From NCBI RefSeq assembly GCF_001194135.2, contig NC_068993.1, forward strand, positions 45,311,964 through 45,375,963: a stretch of 64,000 bases of DNA, given 5' to 3'. The notes below the pieces were generated by a model. The model saw only the letters and a program-made list of their open reading frames with translations. It made no database searches and had not been told where the DNA came from. The DNA comes from Octopus bimaculoides (taxonomy: Eukaryota). The stretch's first letter is position 1; each line of letters starts with the position of its first letter. A program made the translations under genes and the position numbers. Shown here one piece after another: positions 1-11,008 of this stretch.

Positions 1-130
1 ACCATTGTTGGTTTATTTACGCCCCCGTAACTTAGTTCAACCAAATAAACCGATATAATAACTACAAGGTTTAAAAACAAAAATTGGGTGAATTCGTTCG
101 ACTAAAATCATTCAAGTGGTACCCCATGGT
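1..130 (+). mobile_element. SINE family C, degraded 3' part
   Basis: Resembles the reverse complement of the 17084-17267 tail (gtttacgcccccgtaactta... cgactaaaa...ttcaag..gt.ccc.atgg). Confidence 0.4.
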
Positions 131-1540
131 GGTCGCACTATCAGATAAAAGTTAAGAAGCTGCTTCAAATTTACACATACCTTAGTCAGAAAGCATTCCT
201 ATTTAATGTGAGAATACAGCGACCCCAGCGTTGCTACTAGATGGGATGAACTTGAAAGTAGTATTAATAGTTGAAACCAACCTATTTAACAATAATTTAT
301 AACTAAATATGAGGCAAGGGAGACGACTCCCAAATATTTTAAAAAGAGATTTAGTTCTGCAGAAGTTATTTCCCTTGAAATACATGATTTTTTTTTTAAT
401 GAATACATTTCCCCGCTTTACGCGACTTTTTAAAATCATTGTTAAGAATGTTAACGTATTCATATATAGCACATTATGCGAATGGTGACTATCCGTATTA
501 TATCTTTCCAAGAATTGAATTTTACTACGTAAGTGTATGCGCATTTGCTTAGTGATTCTTTCTTTACCATTTCACAAATACAACGAGGTCAACGTTTGAT
601 CGAGGAAGTTTACTATAAAACCATCTGGATTTACGTCTCGTAATTATCTACCGTATCTGCAGTTTATGACTAATATTTTATTATCTGATTTCAATTTTTA
701 AAATATTCCCAGCATTCTCCGTATTAAAGGCGAACACTGATCTAAGGGAAATAACTCTTGATAATGGGAATTTACTCTATAGGAAATATATTTAAAATTT
801 ATTCATAAGGGTAGAAATTGATATTAATCAATTAAAACCAGTGGTCTAGCATATTAAAAAAAATCAGAAGATTAAAATTATATTACATACAAAAATAAGA
901 GGAATGACCAGCAAAAGTGGACTCCTATATGCTAGAAATAGATGCCGAATCATCTAACCACGAAAAAATATGTTCTCCGTAAAAAATTAGCGACACAACA
1001 GACTGTAAAAGGGCAAGACAAATGAAAAAATACTAAATAAAAAAAAAATANNNNNNNNNNNNNNNNNNNNNNNNNNNNNNNNNNNNNNNNNNNNNNNNNN
1101 NNNNNNNNNNNNNNNNNNNNNNNNNNNNNNNNNNNNNNNNNNNNNNNNNNNNNNNNNNNNNNNNNNNNNNNNNNNNNNNNNNNNNNNNNNNNNNNNNNNN
1201 NNNNNNNNNNNNNNNNNNNNNNNNNNNNNNNNNNNNNNNNNNNNNNNNNNNNNNNNNNNNNNNNNNNNNNNNNNNNNNNNNNNNNNNNNNNNNNNNNNNN
1301 NNNNNNNNNNNNNNNNNNNNNNNNNNNNNNNNNNNNNNNNNNNNNNNNNNNNNNNNNNNNNNNNNNNNNNNNNNNNNNNNNNNNNNNNNNNNNNNNNNNN
1401 NNNNNNNNNNNNNNNNNNNNNNNNNNNNNNNNNNNNNNNNNNNNNCATAAGGGTAGAAATTGATATTAATCAATTAAAACCAGTGGTCTAGCATATTAAA
1501 AAAAATCAGAAGATTAAAATTATATTACATACAAAAATAA

Positions 1541-1905
1541 GAGGAATGACCAGCAAAAGTGGACTCCTATATGCTAGAAATAGATGCCGAATCATCTAAC
1601 CACGAAAAAATATGTTCTCCGTAAAAAATTAGCGACACAACAGACTGTAAAAGGGCAAGACAAATGAAAAAATACTAAATAAAAAAAAAATAAAAAACGA
1701 TTAACCTACGTACCATGGTAAATTTTAACAGGTGAAACCATGGTACGTAGGTTAATCGTTTTTTATTTAGCATTTTTTCATTTGTCTTGCCCTTTTTACA
1801 GTCTGCTGTGTCGCTAATTTTTTACTGAGAACATATTTTTTCGTGGTTAGATGATTCGGCATCTATTTCTAGCATATAGGAGTCCACCTTTGCTGGTCAT
1901 TCCTC
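1541..1905. mobile_element. Foldback/MITE-like element with ~170-180 bp inverted arms
   Basis: 1541-1719 is near-identical to the reverse complement of 1737-1905, with a 17-nt spacer. Termini are GAGG...CCTC; flanks are TAA and TAT. Confidence 0.8.
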
Positions 1906-2129
1906 TATAGCAAATATAGATAGTTGCTATTATGTTAAAATGTCGTATATCCAAATTTGGCCAGTCAGGATTCGACTATTGTCTTCAGCAGTTTCACATA
2001 GCCAATTGAATTGAGGATAAAGTCCGGTTCTAAGAACATTGAGCAGCAGACGTGACATCCATATTTTGATACCTAGCGCGATTCGTCATGATACGGGTAA
2101 CTGTTTCCCAATATTCAGATGAATTCTAG

Positions 2130-2400
2130 TCCTCCATGTCAGCTAACTTGTTTCAACAACAATTTTAGTCTTAATGCTCTCTAACGCCGTTCACTGTACC
2201 TCCACTACACGGGTACCCTCGACTCACTCGTCTCTATATCTCTGGTCACCCTTGTTGTGTTTAATTAATGGCCCTGGAATAACTCCTATGGCCAGCCCTT
2301 CCTTCTCAAGACATCAACCCTCTGGAATCTTGTCCTTGCTCATGTCTTTTCTGTAGCTGTTGACATGCGATACTTTAAAACGAAAGGTTAACGGCATCAA
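2130..2400 (+). mobile_element. CR1/L2-like LINE ORF2 C-terminal relic
   Basis: Translates with shifts to PPLHGYPRLTR..SGHP and YGQPFLLKTSTLWNLVLAHVF, resembling the ..SFF.RT..LWN.LP..VFP tail of CR1/L2-group ORF2. Confidence 0.45.
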
Positions 2401-2735
2401 GTAAATATCTTGGCCACTGCTCTTTTCTACAGACTCAACATGCTAGAAGAAGAAACCCATAAGGCCTGTTGTTTCAAATTCCAACATACAGATTATTTCG
2501 AAATCCTTATGTTTACTTTATTATTTATTCCGTTGTCAATGCTTTTTGTCAGACACAAAATATCGTTTCGCATTCGGTTATCTCACTGATGTTTATTTTG
2601 GCTGTTATCCTTTACGGACCCATAAAACAAATATCAGTAAATTTCTGGGGAAAATCTAATCAACCCTCGTCCTACTTCTCGTAAAATTGTCTTCGTTCTG
2701 TGTCCATGTTCTAAATCATTATTAATCCTTAGGGT

Positions 2736-2906
2736 GAAGGCAGCGAGCCCGCAGATTCGGCAGATTTTGAGTTAAAATTCCACCGAGGTCGACTTTGCCT
2801 TTCATCCTTTCGGAGTCGATAAAATAAGTACCAGTTGAACACTGGGATCGATGTAATCGACTCATCCTCACCTCGCCCAAGCTGCCCTTGTAGTAAAAAT
2901 TTGAAA
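2736..2906 (+). mobile_element. tRNA-derived SINE family A (internally deleted)
   Basis: Contains gagttaaaattccaccgaggtcgactttgcctttcatcctttcggagtcgataaaataagtaccag, shared with more than 10 copies in the window. Confidence 0.85.
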
Positions 2907-2925
2907 TAATTATTAATCCTTAAAC

Positions 2926-3135
2926 TGAAGGACGGAGAATTGATGGAATCGTTTGGGCGTTGAACAAACTATCATGTGCTATTTCTTCCCTCTCTTTACG
3001 CTATGTGTTCAAATTCCATCAAGGTCGAATTTACCTCTCATGCTTTCAGGGTCGATAAAATAAAGTACAAATCATGTGCTAGAATCAATTTAATAGATGT
3101 AATCTCTAATATTTCAGGCCTTACGCCTTTATTAG
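2926..3135 (+). mobile_element. SINE family A, diverged
   Basis: B-box-like gttcaaattcc, then ggtcgaatttacctctcatgctttcagggtcgataaaataaagtac. Confidence 0.7.
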
Positions 3136-3152
3136 AAACATTAATCCAAATG

Positions 3153-3350
3153 AGGACGGTAGGTTAATAGAATATTAATGTGTAGCGGTAATTATTTTGG
3201 CTATTTACGTTCTCAGTTAAAACTGCGCTGATGTCAGCTTCGCCTTTCACTTCTCCGGTGTCTATAAAATAAAGTACCAGTAAAATACTGAGGTCGAGGG
3301 TATCGACTACTCCCCTCTCCTCAAAATTACTCAAAATTGTGCCTAAATGA
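3153..3350 (+). mobile_element. SINE family A, diverged
   Basis: acgttctcagttaaaa...gcctttcac...ctataaaataaagtaccag...ggtcga...atcgact. Confidence 0.65.
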
Positions 3351-3363
3351 AAAGCAATTACTA

Positions 3364-3578
3364 AGGGTTGTGGCCTGGCAACATCGTTAGAGTGTCTGGC
3401 AACATGCTTTGATGTTTTTCTTCCGGCTCTTCACATTCTGAAGAACAAACCCTATCGAGATCAACTTCATTTTTCCTTCTCTCAGAGTCCATAAAATAAG
3501 TACAAGTCAAATACTGTGGTTGATCGTATCGACTACTTCCTTTCCTTCCCCTCAAAATTACTGGTTTAGTGATTAAAT
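3364..3578 (+). mobile_element. SINE family A, diverged
   Basis: tggcaacatcgttag head; ataaaataagtacaag...gatcgtatcgact...cccctcaaaattactgg tail. Confidence 0.6.
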
Positions 3579-3764
3579 TAAAAACAACAATTAAACCGAA
3601 GCAACTGTCTAATAATTATAGTCTTCACAGTTCTCTTCAGAATGGTGAAGGAAATAAAGTTAAACTCCTGTAGAGAAAAAAAAATAACTAAGTGACAGAG
3701 CAGACCGAAGCTCAATATGTGAGTATTTGTCAATCATTTGTCAATCATTCGAATTCGTAATTGT

Positions 3765-3900
3765 CTCGGTCCTTATAGCGTTGGATTGAATACCTCACAG
3801 CATTTGTTCCAATTCTCAATACTTTGAATTAAATTTCTGTCGTGGTCAACCTTGCTTTCTTTCCTTTTGGGTTCGATAAAACAATATTAAACCAGGGAAA
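3765..3900 (+). mobile_element. SINE family A, heavily diverged fragment
   Basis: gtggtcaaccttgctttc...ttgggttcgataaaac resembles the family A core. Confidence 0.4.
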
Positions 3901-5124
3901 ATGATTGACAGAACTATCAGAAGGAGAGGCAACATGTCTTGCGGTATCAGTTTCTATTCTTCGCGTTCTGATAGCAACGTCTGCGACAATACTGGTGCCG
4001 ATTTCTATCGACCCAAGTCGGCAGCCTTTCTCATGGAGAGACATCTGTGGCGTGAAGAGGGGAGACCTGCTCACATGGAGATTTGTCCGTCTTCTTCAAG
4101 AAGTCATAACCAGTTCTGCTCATACATGTGTAGATGCAGGGTAGTCTTGCTGTGCTTTATTCTTACGAACCAAACTAAAATGTATATGTACGTACATATA
4201 TACACGCACGAACGCACGCACACNNNNNNNNNNNNNNNNNNNNNNNNNNNNNNNNNNNNNNNNNNNNNNNNNNNNNNNNNNNNNNNNNNNNNNNNNNNNN
4301 NNNNNNNNNNNNNNNNNNNNNNNNNNNNNNNNNNNNNNNNNNNNNNNNNNNNNNNNNNNNNNNNNNNNNNNNNNNNNNNNNNNNNNNNNNNNNNNNNNNN
4401 NNNNNNNNNNNNNNNNNNNNNNNNNNNNNNNNNNNNNNNNNNNNNNNNNNNNNNNNNNNNNNNNNNNNNNNNNNNNNNNNNNNNNNNNNNNNNNNNNNNN
4501 NNNNNNNNNNNNNNNNNNNNNNNNNNNNNNNNNNNNNNNNNNNNNNNNNNNNNNNNNNNNNNNNNNNNNNNNNNNNNNNNNNNNNNNNNNNNNNNNNNNN
4601 NNNNNNNNNNNNNNNNNNNNNNNNNNNNNNNNNNNNNNNNNNNNNNNNNNNNNNNNNNNNNNNNNNNNNNNNNNNNNNNNNNNNNNNNNNNNNNNNNNNN
4701 NNNNNNNNNNNNNNNNNNNNNNNNNNNNNNNNNNNNNNNNNNNNNNNNNNNNNNNNNNNNNNNNNNNNNNNNNNNNNNNNNNNNNNNNNNNNNNNNNNNN
4801 NNNNNNNNNNNNNNNNNNNNNNNNNNNNNNNNNNNNNNNNNNNNNNNNNNNNNNNNNNNNNNNNNNNNNNTTAAAAGGCATGTGGGTGTACAATCGTTAT
4901 ATAATACCTTGATTATTACATCGTAGTAGCCAAGGTGATAAAGTATAAAGATCGAGTATAATTTCTGGACCACCCACCTGCCCAATACTTTTATTAGCAA
5001 ATAAATAAATATGTAAATAAATAGATAAATAAAACCAGAAAAAAGATGTTTTTTAGAGAATTTTTCAAAGACAGAAATGAAATTTGCTGTAATTACAATT
5101 AGCTTGAAATTAGAAAATACTGCA

Positions 5125-5128
5125 TCAA

Positions 5129-5161
<33 letters not shown>

Positions 5162-5230
5162 CAACATCATCGTCGTCGTCATCGTAATCGTCATCATCAT
5201 CGTTATCATCGTATTCGCTGTCATCATCAT

Positions 5231-5271
<41 letters not shown>

Positions 5272-5288
5272 NNNNNNNNNNTCATCAT

Positions 5289-5320
<32 letters not shown>

Positions 5321-5445
5321 GCAGTAGCAGCAGCAGCAGCAGTAGCAGCAGCATCACCGCCGCCGCCGTCACCACCACCACTTCTACCGCACCACCGCCA
5401 CCATCAATAGCAACAACAACAACAATAACAACAGTAACATCAATG
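5125..5445. repeat. Compound trinucleotide microsatellite (CAT/CAG/CAC/CAA)
   Basis: Seen directly; includes a 10-N gap. Confidence 0.95.
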
Positions 5446-6029
5446 ATATCACTGATAGGGTTTAAGCTGAGAAGTTTTTTTTTGTTTTCCTGCTTTGATT
5501 GTTATTGTTTATTTTTTGCTTTTAAAATTTCGTTTTTGGTTTGTGTGTGTGTTTGTATGTGTGTGCGTATTCGTCTGAGGCAGCATTTCTAATTGACATC
5601 GCTTTGAACTGAGGATAGTTATCGAGGAATCCTCACATTGGTGAAAATAATGATAATGATGGTAAAAAAATGCTGATGGACGCAATGCTGTTTGTAAACA
5701 TTGGTAATGGTGGTGGTGGTGCCAGCACTGAATTTTGGATTGTCCAGTGTTACAGAGAAGCCATGAATGTTGCAAAATGATTTGTAGTCCCGCAGCTCTG
5801 AGAATCTTATGTCTGTTCGTTCCACAGCGTTGTTCTGTTCTTCGAGGTATTCTTTGATCAATTGTATAAACAAAGAAGAAAAAGAACAAAAAAAAGAAGA
5901 AAGAAAAAGAAAAAAGAAGAAAGAAAATGCGAGAAAGAAAGAAAGAAAAATAGTTTTGCAGTTTGGGAGTATCAAATCGTGGCGAATAACTGTCTGATCT
6001 AAGAGTTTAATGGTTCGAATACGATGTAT

Positions 6030-6425
6030 ATAGTATATAATATAATATAATATAATATAATATTATATTATATAACATAATATAATATAATATATAATAT
6101 AATATAACATAATATAATACATAATATAATATAATATAACATAATATAATACAAAATATTATAATATAATATATAATATAATATAATATATAATATAATA
6201 TATAATATATAATATGATATAATATATAATATAATATAGTATAATATATAATATAACATAATATAATACAAGATATTATAATATAACATAACATAAAATA
6301 AAATAATATAATATAACAATATGATATAACATAGTGTAATATAATATAACATGATATAATATAACATAATATAATATAACATAATATAATATTATATAAT
6401 ATAGCATAACATGATATAATATAAC
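6030..6425. repeat. (ATATA)n-type pentamer AT-rich array
   Basis: Seen directly; source of the Y/I-rich pseudo-ORFs. Confidence 0.95.
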
Positions 6426-6432
6426 AAAATTG

Positions 6433-6466
6433 CATCTACCTGCCAGCTATAACTGGCAGGTAGATG
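6433..6466. other. Perfect 14-bp hairpin
   Basis: catctacctgccag-ctataa-ctggcaggtagatg. Confidence 0.9.
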
Positions 6467-6830
6467 ACGAAAGTTTATTAATATTCCATTCATTTTTCTC
6501 GGAATATTTTGCATTTAGGTAATTTAAAAATGTGTATCTTTAATGTAACAGTTGTTAAATAATGCAAGACATACTGTAAGGGATGGATAATGCATTCTAG
6601 GAAAAGAGGAATAATGAAATATGACCTCTCCAAGAAACTGCCTAAAATAAGCAATTTTTCGATAGTTTGTGCTAACAAACTGTGATAGAGTGGCTTGTTT
6701 CGAATAAATTATTATTTGTAACAATTGCTGTACCAAGCGGTATTATGCTTATCCATCTCTCTAGCCCACAGTACACGTTCTCCGTCAATACGACCCTTAA
6801 AGTAAAAGAGTCCCTGATATGCTGGCAAGC

Positions 6831-6875
<45 letters not shown>

Positions 6876-7039
6876 GCTGACGACTATCATCACGCTTGAA
6901 ACTCAAGAGTTCCAACGAATTTGAATCAAACTGTTTTGATACATACATACATACATACATCCATACATACACACATGCGTGTATATATATATATATCTTA
7001 ATATAAACAACTAGGCGCTATGTAATACCAAAAAGGAAA

Positions 7040-7717
7040 AATTCAATCGTCACTAAGTGTGACTAAGGGTGCAGGTGCACCTACATTGCTAGAAATTAGT
7101 TAAATTACTCTTAATGTTGTAGGAAGAGCGCAGATACAAGCTAACAGGGGAGGCAACCGCCCAACGCCGACTCGAAAATCCTCAGACAAGACGCCTTGTT
7201 TCGTCTATTCCATAGGCATCTTCAAGGAGGACTGATCGAACGGTATATGTTCAGCTAATTCCGTGTGCCAGCATATATGTATTTACCATAAAAATTTATG
7301 GATGGTTTGGTGGAATGCAAATGCGTATATAATAAATAAAAAAAAACCCCAGCTAGGCATGGGCAACTCCTCTATCAGCATGTATCTACCCTCTTTCAAC
7401 AACATTAAGAGTATTTTAACTATTATTTCTAGTAATGCGTATTACTTTGCGCCGAGCTGTTTATATTAATTTTTTATATACGCATTAGCATTCCGCCAAA
7501 TCATCCATAAAGTTTTATGGCAAAGACATATATGCTGACAAACGGAATTGGCCGAACATGTGCCGTACAGAATAGACGAGACTGGACGTCTAATCTGAGT
7601 ATTTTCGAGTCGGCATGGGGGCGATTGTCTCACCTGTCAGCATGTATCTGCATTCTTCCAACAACATTAAGAGTATTTTAATTCTTATTTCTAGCACAAT
7701 TAGTGACGATTTGAATT
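7040..7717. mobile_element. Diverged long inverted repeat carrying a hammerhead-like motif (possible Penelope-like terminal structure)
   Basis: 7040-7332 aligns with the reverse complement of 7475-7717. A third partial copy of the same motif lies at ~7350-7435. Confidence 0.7.
7185..7230 (-). ncRNA. Decayed type I hammerhead-like motif
   Basis: TTGAAGA t gccta-tggaa-tagac GAAAC aaggc GTC. C3 is altered, helix II has one mismatch and there is no adjacent helix I. Confidence 0.4.
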
Positions 7718-7829
7718 ATAGAGATTAAAAGCAAGTTGTTTCTCTCTCTCTCTCTCCTTAGAGAAATGGGAATATTATAGCAGAGAGGGAGATAATAAAT
7801 AGACAAGAAGAAACGATAAGAAAAGGCAT

Positions 7830-8930
7830 TGTGACACACGAGCTAGCAGCGAAAATGTCACTCGGCTATTTCTTCGACAAGAGAAACATGCAAGTTGCAT
7901 CGTCAGAGCTAATGCGAGTGAGCTTATATACTGTGGAGGAGAATGCAAACAAGGTCAGGATTAAATCTTTAAGAACCAATATAGGCATTAGCTATCTGAT
8001 TGCAAGTATATATGTGCATTGCCTCAGCAATTTTGAAGTAATTGCAGACATGAGATGGAAGATTTATTTTAGAACATGCATTGATGACCTTCGGCAGCTC
8101 TCAGCAGAAATGGTGGAGTGTTAGGAAAAAATGATAGCACTGGCTGAAATACGGTTGGCGATGAGTGATTGTGTGTGGAGCAAACTAATTGTTCTGGATG
8201 GTCTACCTCTCGAATTTTATGGATACACGCCAAACTTATTCGTCTCTTTCCTGGCAGATATCAATTGCAACTGACAGCAACCCGGAAATATTTCAGCCAA
8301 CGAATGGTGGTGCTTTTGAATAAGGACACAAAAACGGGTATATTACTGGAAATTTCCAGACCACCTACCCATGTATAATGGTATAAAAGTATCAGTTGAG
8401 GAAGCTGCAACCACAAAGATTCCAGGTTTATGAGTGGATGCAGCCACCATTGATCAGACATGTTTTCTCTCCACTTGTTAATTTGACGGAGCTGCAGACC
8501 TGAGCCAGATGAAGACCAAAACTAGGTATCTGATACTTGAACTGTTGTCAGACGCTCACAATTCGGCATCATTCGAGAAATGTAAACGCTAGAACGTTCA
8601 CCTATGTGCCTTTTAGAAGATTTGTGACAACTAAAAACAATAAAGTTCTTGGGGACCCTCTTGGCATCAATGAAATTCAAAGAAACAGTATTCCGGAAGG
8701 TTTTTAGCCAGAGAACACTAGGCAGCTTTCTGAAAGCTACCAAGCTACCTATTGCCTGTAGACTACCGGAAGTAGCACCGCAAGACCAGGACATACCATC
8801 TGTGCAGCATTTCCAAGATGCACACAAAATGCTGAAACCATTCTGTATGCAGAAAATTACCGCTGCCGCGTGTAGCATAGATCCAGTTATCAACCGAATC
8901 AAGACCTAAGATCGTCTCACCGTCTTCCAT
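7830..8930 (+). mobile_element. L1/Tx1-clade LINE ORF2 relic with most of RT deleted
   Basis: LDGLPLEFY (~8190) and VVLLNKD.K.G..L...RP (~8300-8360) resemble the RT N-terminus. PRCTQNAETILYA...C (~8815-8870) resembles the C-terminal CCHC finger. Confidence 0.6.
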
Positions 8931-9019
8931 TGTGCTTAAAAGCTGGCAGTGTTTCTCTCGGCTGGATAAGATAACAAAGAATGAGAACAGAGACTTACCT
9001 TTCTGATATTCTTAGTGTT

Positions 9020-10900
9020 TTTAATTCTCCACCCTCTAACGTTACCTTGGTGCGTTTTCCTAATCTGAATCTTAATATCAGTTCCTTCTCTTATACATAT
9101 GTCTACTCTCTGCAGCAGTGTTAGCTGTTTATCTTTTACAGTATAAAACGTGAGTTCATCCGTATAAAAATTACGGTTGGTTGCACTTTGTATCTGAATC
9201 CATTAGTGCCTAACATATCAGTAAAGGTCTCAAATCTGGGCAGAAAAGGGGTGGAGAACGGGAATACCCTCATGAGGATGAATTTAGTTATTGTAATTCG
9301 CTTTTTGTTTCTATCCGCAAAATTGCTTGCAATTTACGCATGATGTACTGAAGATAACTTCTATCTAATATTATCAGGATTGTTGAGACACTTAAAAATC
9401 CAAGAAGTTAATCCATGCCATGCCCAGACCTGTCTTTCATCTTCTACAATCTTCGGTTACGTTATTGTTGACCAGTAATGACTCTTTAGAACCATATCAA
9501 TTTTTGCAGCAATTTTTCTACGCTTCTGGAAACAAGTGCTTTTTTTTCCTTCTTCGCATCTCTTTTTCTTTCCGATATTACTGCAGATTATAAATGGTTT
9601 TGTAAATTGTAAAGACTGATTATTGGTCCGTCGTTCCTAGCCTTTCTCCGTTTCTTTAGTCACATAGATTGAAAAGATTCTCTTTCCAGCAGGTGAAGTG
9701 TTTTCTTCGTCTCCTTTACTATCTTACTAAACATCTCTGCCAGCAACTTTATGTTCTCTGCTTTATGATTTAACCAGGAATATTATGTTCTAGTGCCTCC
9801 CCGTTGTTTGTATTTTTGTTGTGTATGGACCCCTTCATATGATGATATAGTTTTCAACGATTGCATTGTTGCAGTATTCAGTATTTCGAAAGATCTCGAC
9901 TTGGTAATTAATTTCAACTAATTTTCACATCAAAGCCCTTCAACTTGTGTTGCTTTTGGCGTTGCATAGATTTCTATTTTAGCTCTTGATGGATGGGAGT
10001 AGAAATGTTTATTTTCTTCAAAGAGTGTCGCCTTTCAAACCGACGGATTCTTGGCGATTTAGCAAGAATCTCTTTTTTGTTTTTATAAGTCGTTCTTTGA
10101 TTTCGGGCACTTCATTTTTATTTCGTATTTCTCTAATACTTCTCTGTCACGCTTTTTGATGTTGTATATTACTATTTTCTTTATTGATATCAAATGAGAA
10201 CTGAAAGAGCGTCCATTTTAATTTCTAATATTTTTGCTTGTTTGTTTTCCATATTGTTTGTTTGAGTTTGATATTCATATATCAGTAGATCGGAGGGGAA
10301 TGCACACTTCAAATTGTAACTACTATGGCTACTGTAACTACCGTGTAACTAACTACCGTATAGCCATATTATAACTACCGTGACTAATGCATATTTTATT
10401 TTGTTTAATCTGGGGATAACGATGTCAGTTTTAATTAGGTTTGCTATGATGGGGGTTACCTTTGATATTCTTGGTATTATTTCATCACTGTTTTTATCCT
10501 TCGGGTTTACTTTTACTGGTCTATTGATTTTGGTTCTTTAATTATTTTCACCTTTAGAATCTCATGTTCAAAATTGCTATCTTTAGAACTTCCTATTCTT
10601 AAGTCTTCCTCCAATACTTTTATTTTGTATGTGTTATTCTTGTTCGGTTTCGTTGGCCACTATTCTGTCGGTATTTTAGGAAATGGTTTTGCTGTTTTGC
10701 TATTAGCTCAATCTTCGATATCCACGTTCTCAGTGCTTTCATTTTTGTTATTTGTTTTGTGTCCATTTTTCGTGTTTCCCTTCTGTATGGTTTCTTGTAT
10801 ATTTTTCTTTTGACATTGAGAATGTGTCTTCTTAGGTTAGCTAGTATCCGAGAGTATTACGTTTAAGCTAAGATGCGAGTTCTTAGACACAAGCAAGTGA
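9020..10900 (-). mobile_element. R4/Dong-clade (RLE) non-LTR retrotransposon relic
   Basis: Minus-strand fragments FPE..K.C, GMAWI..SWIFKCL and NRNFYTDELTFY (compare HLLYMDDLKLY), plus a DI...GLGK-like motif; many stops and indels. The upper boundary is uncertain. Confidence 0.6.
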
Positions 10901-10942
10901 AAGCCATCCGATTAACTCGAGGGATAAAATCGCGATCGGGAG

Positions 10943-11008
10943 ACAATTCAGCCATTATTCTGCCACAGTTCAGCCATTGATCTGTCACAATTCAGCCGTT
11001 GATCTGCC
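10943..11008. repeat. 22-bp minisatellite x3
   Basis: acaattcagccattattctgcc / acagttcagccattgatctgtc / acaattcagccgttgatctgcc. Confidence 0.9.

Noticed and set aside
804-1692. Identical ~245-bp direct repeat (804-1050 and 1446-1692)
   Set aside because: The copies sit exactly on either side of an N gap, typical of unmerged contig overlap; probably an assembly artefact.
1955-1990. Minus-strand CTGAAGAC-AATA-GTC-GAAT
   Set aside because: Helix II would consume the G8/A9 core bases, and GAAA and helix I are missing.
3901-4144. GC-richer stretch with two overlapping short ORFs
   Set aside because: No recognisable domain or convincing splice signals; cannot be called an exon.
8505-8533. ccaga-tgaaga-cc-aaaa-ctag-gta-tctga resembling the 22.4 kb hammerhead
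   Set aside because: It lacks C3, G12 and all of helix II, and lies within a LINE relic; too degenerate to support.
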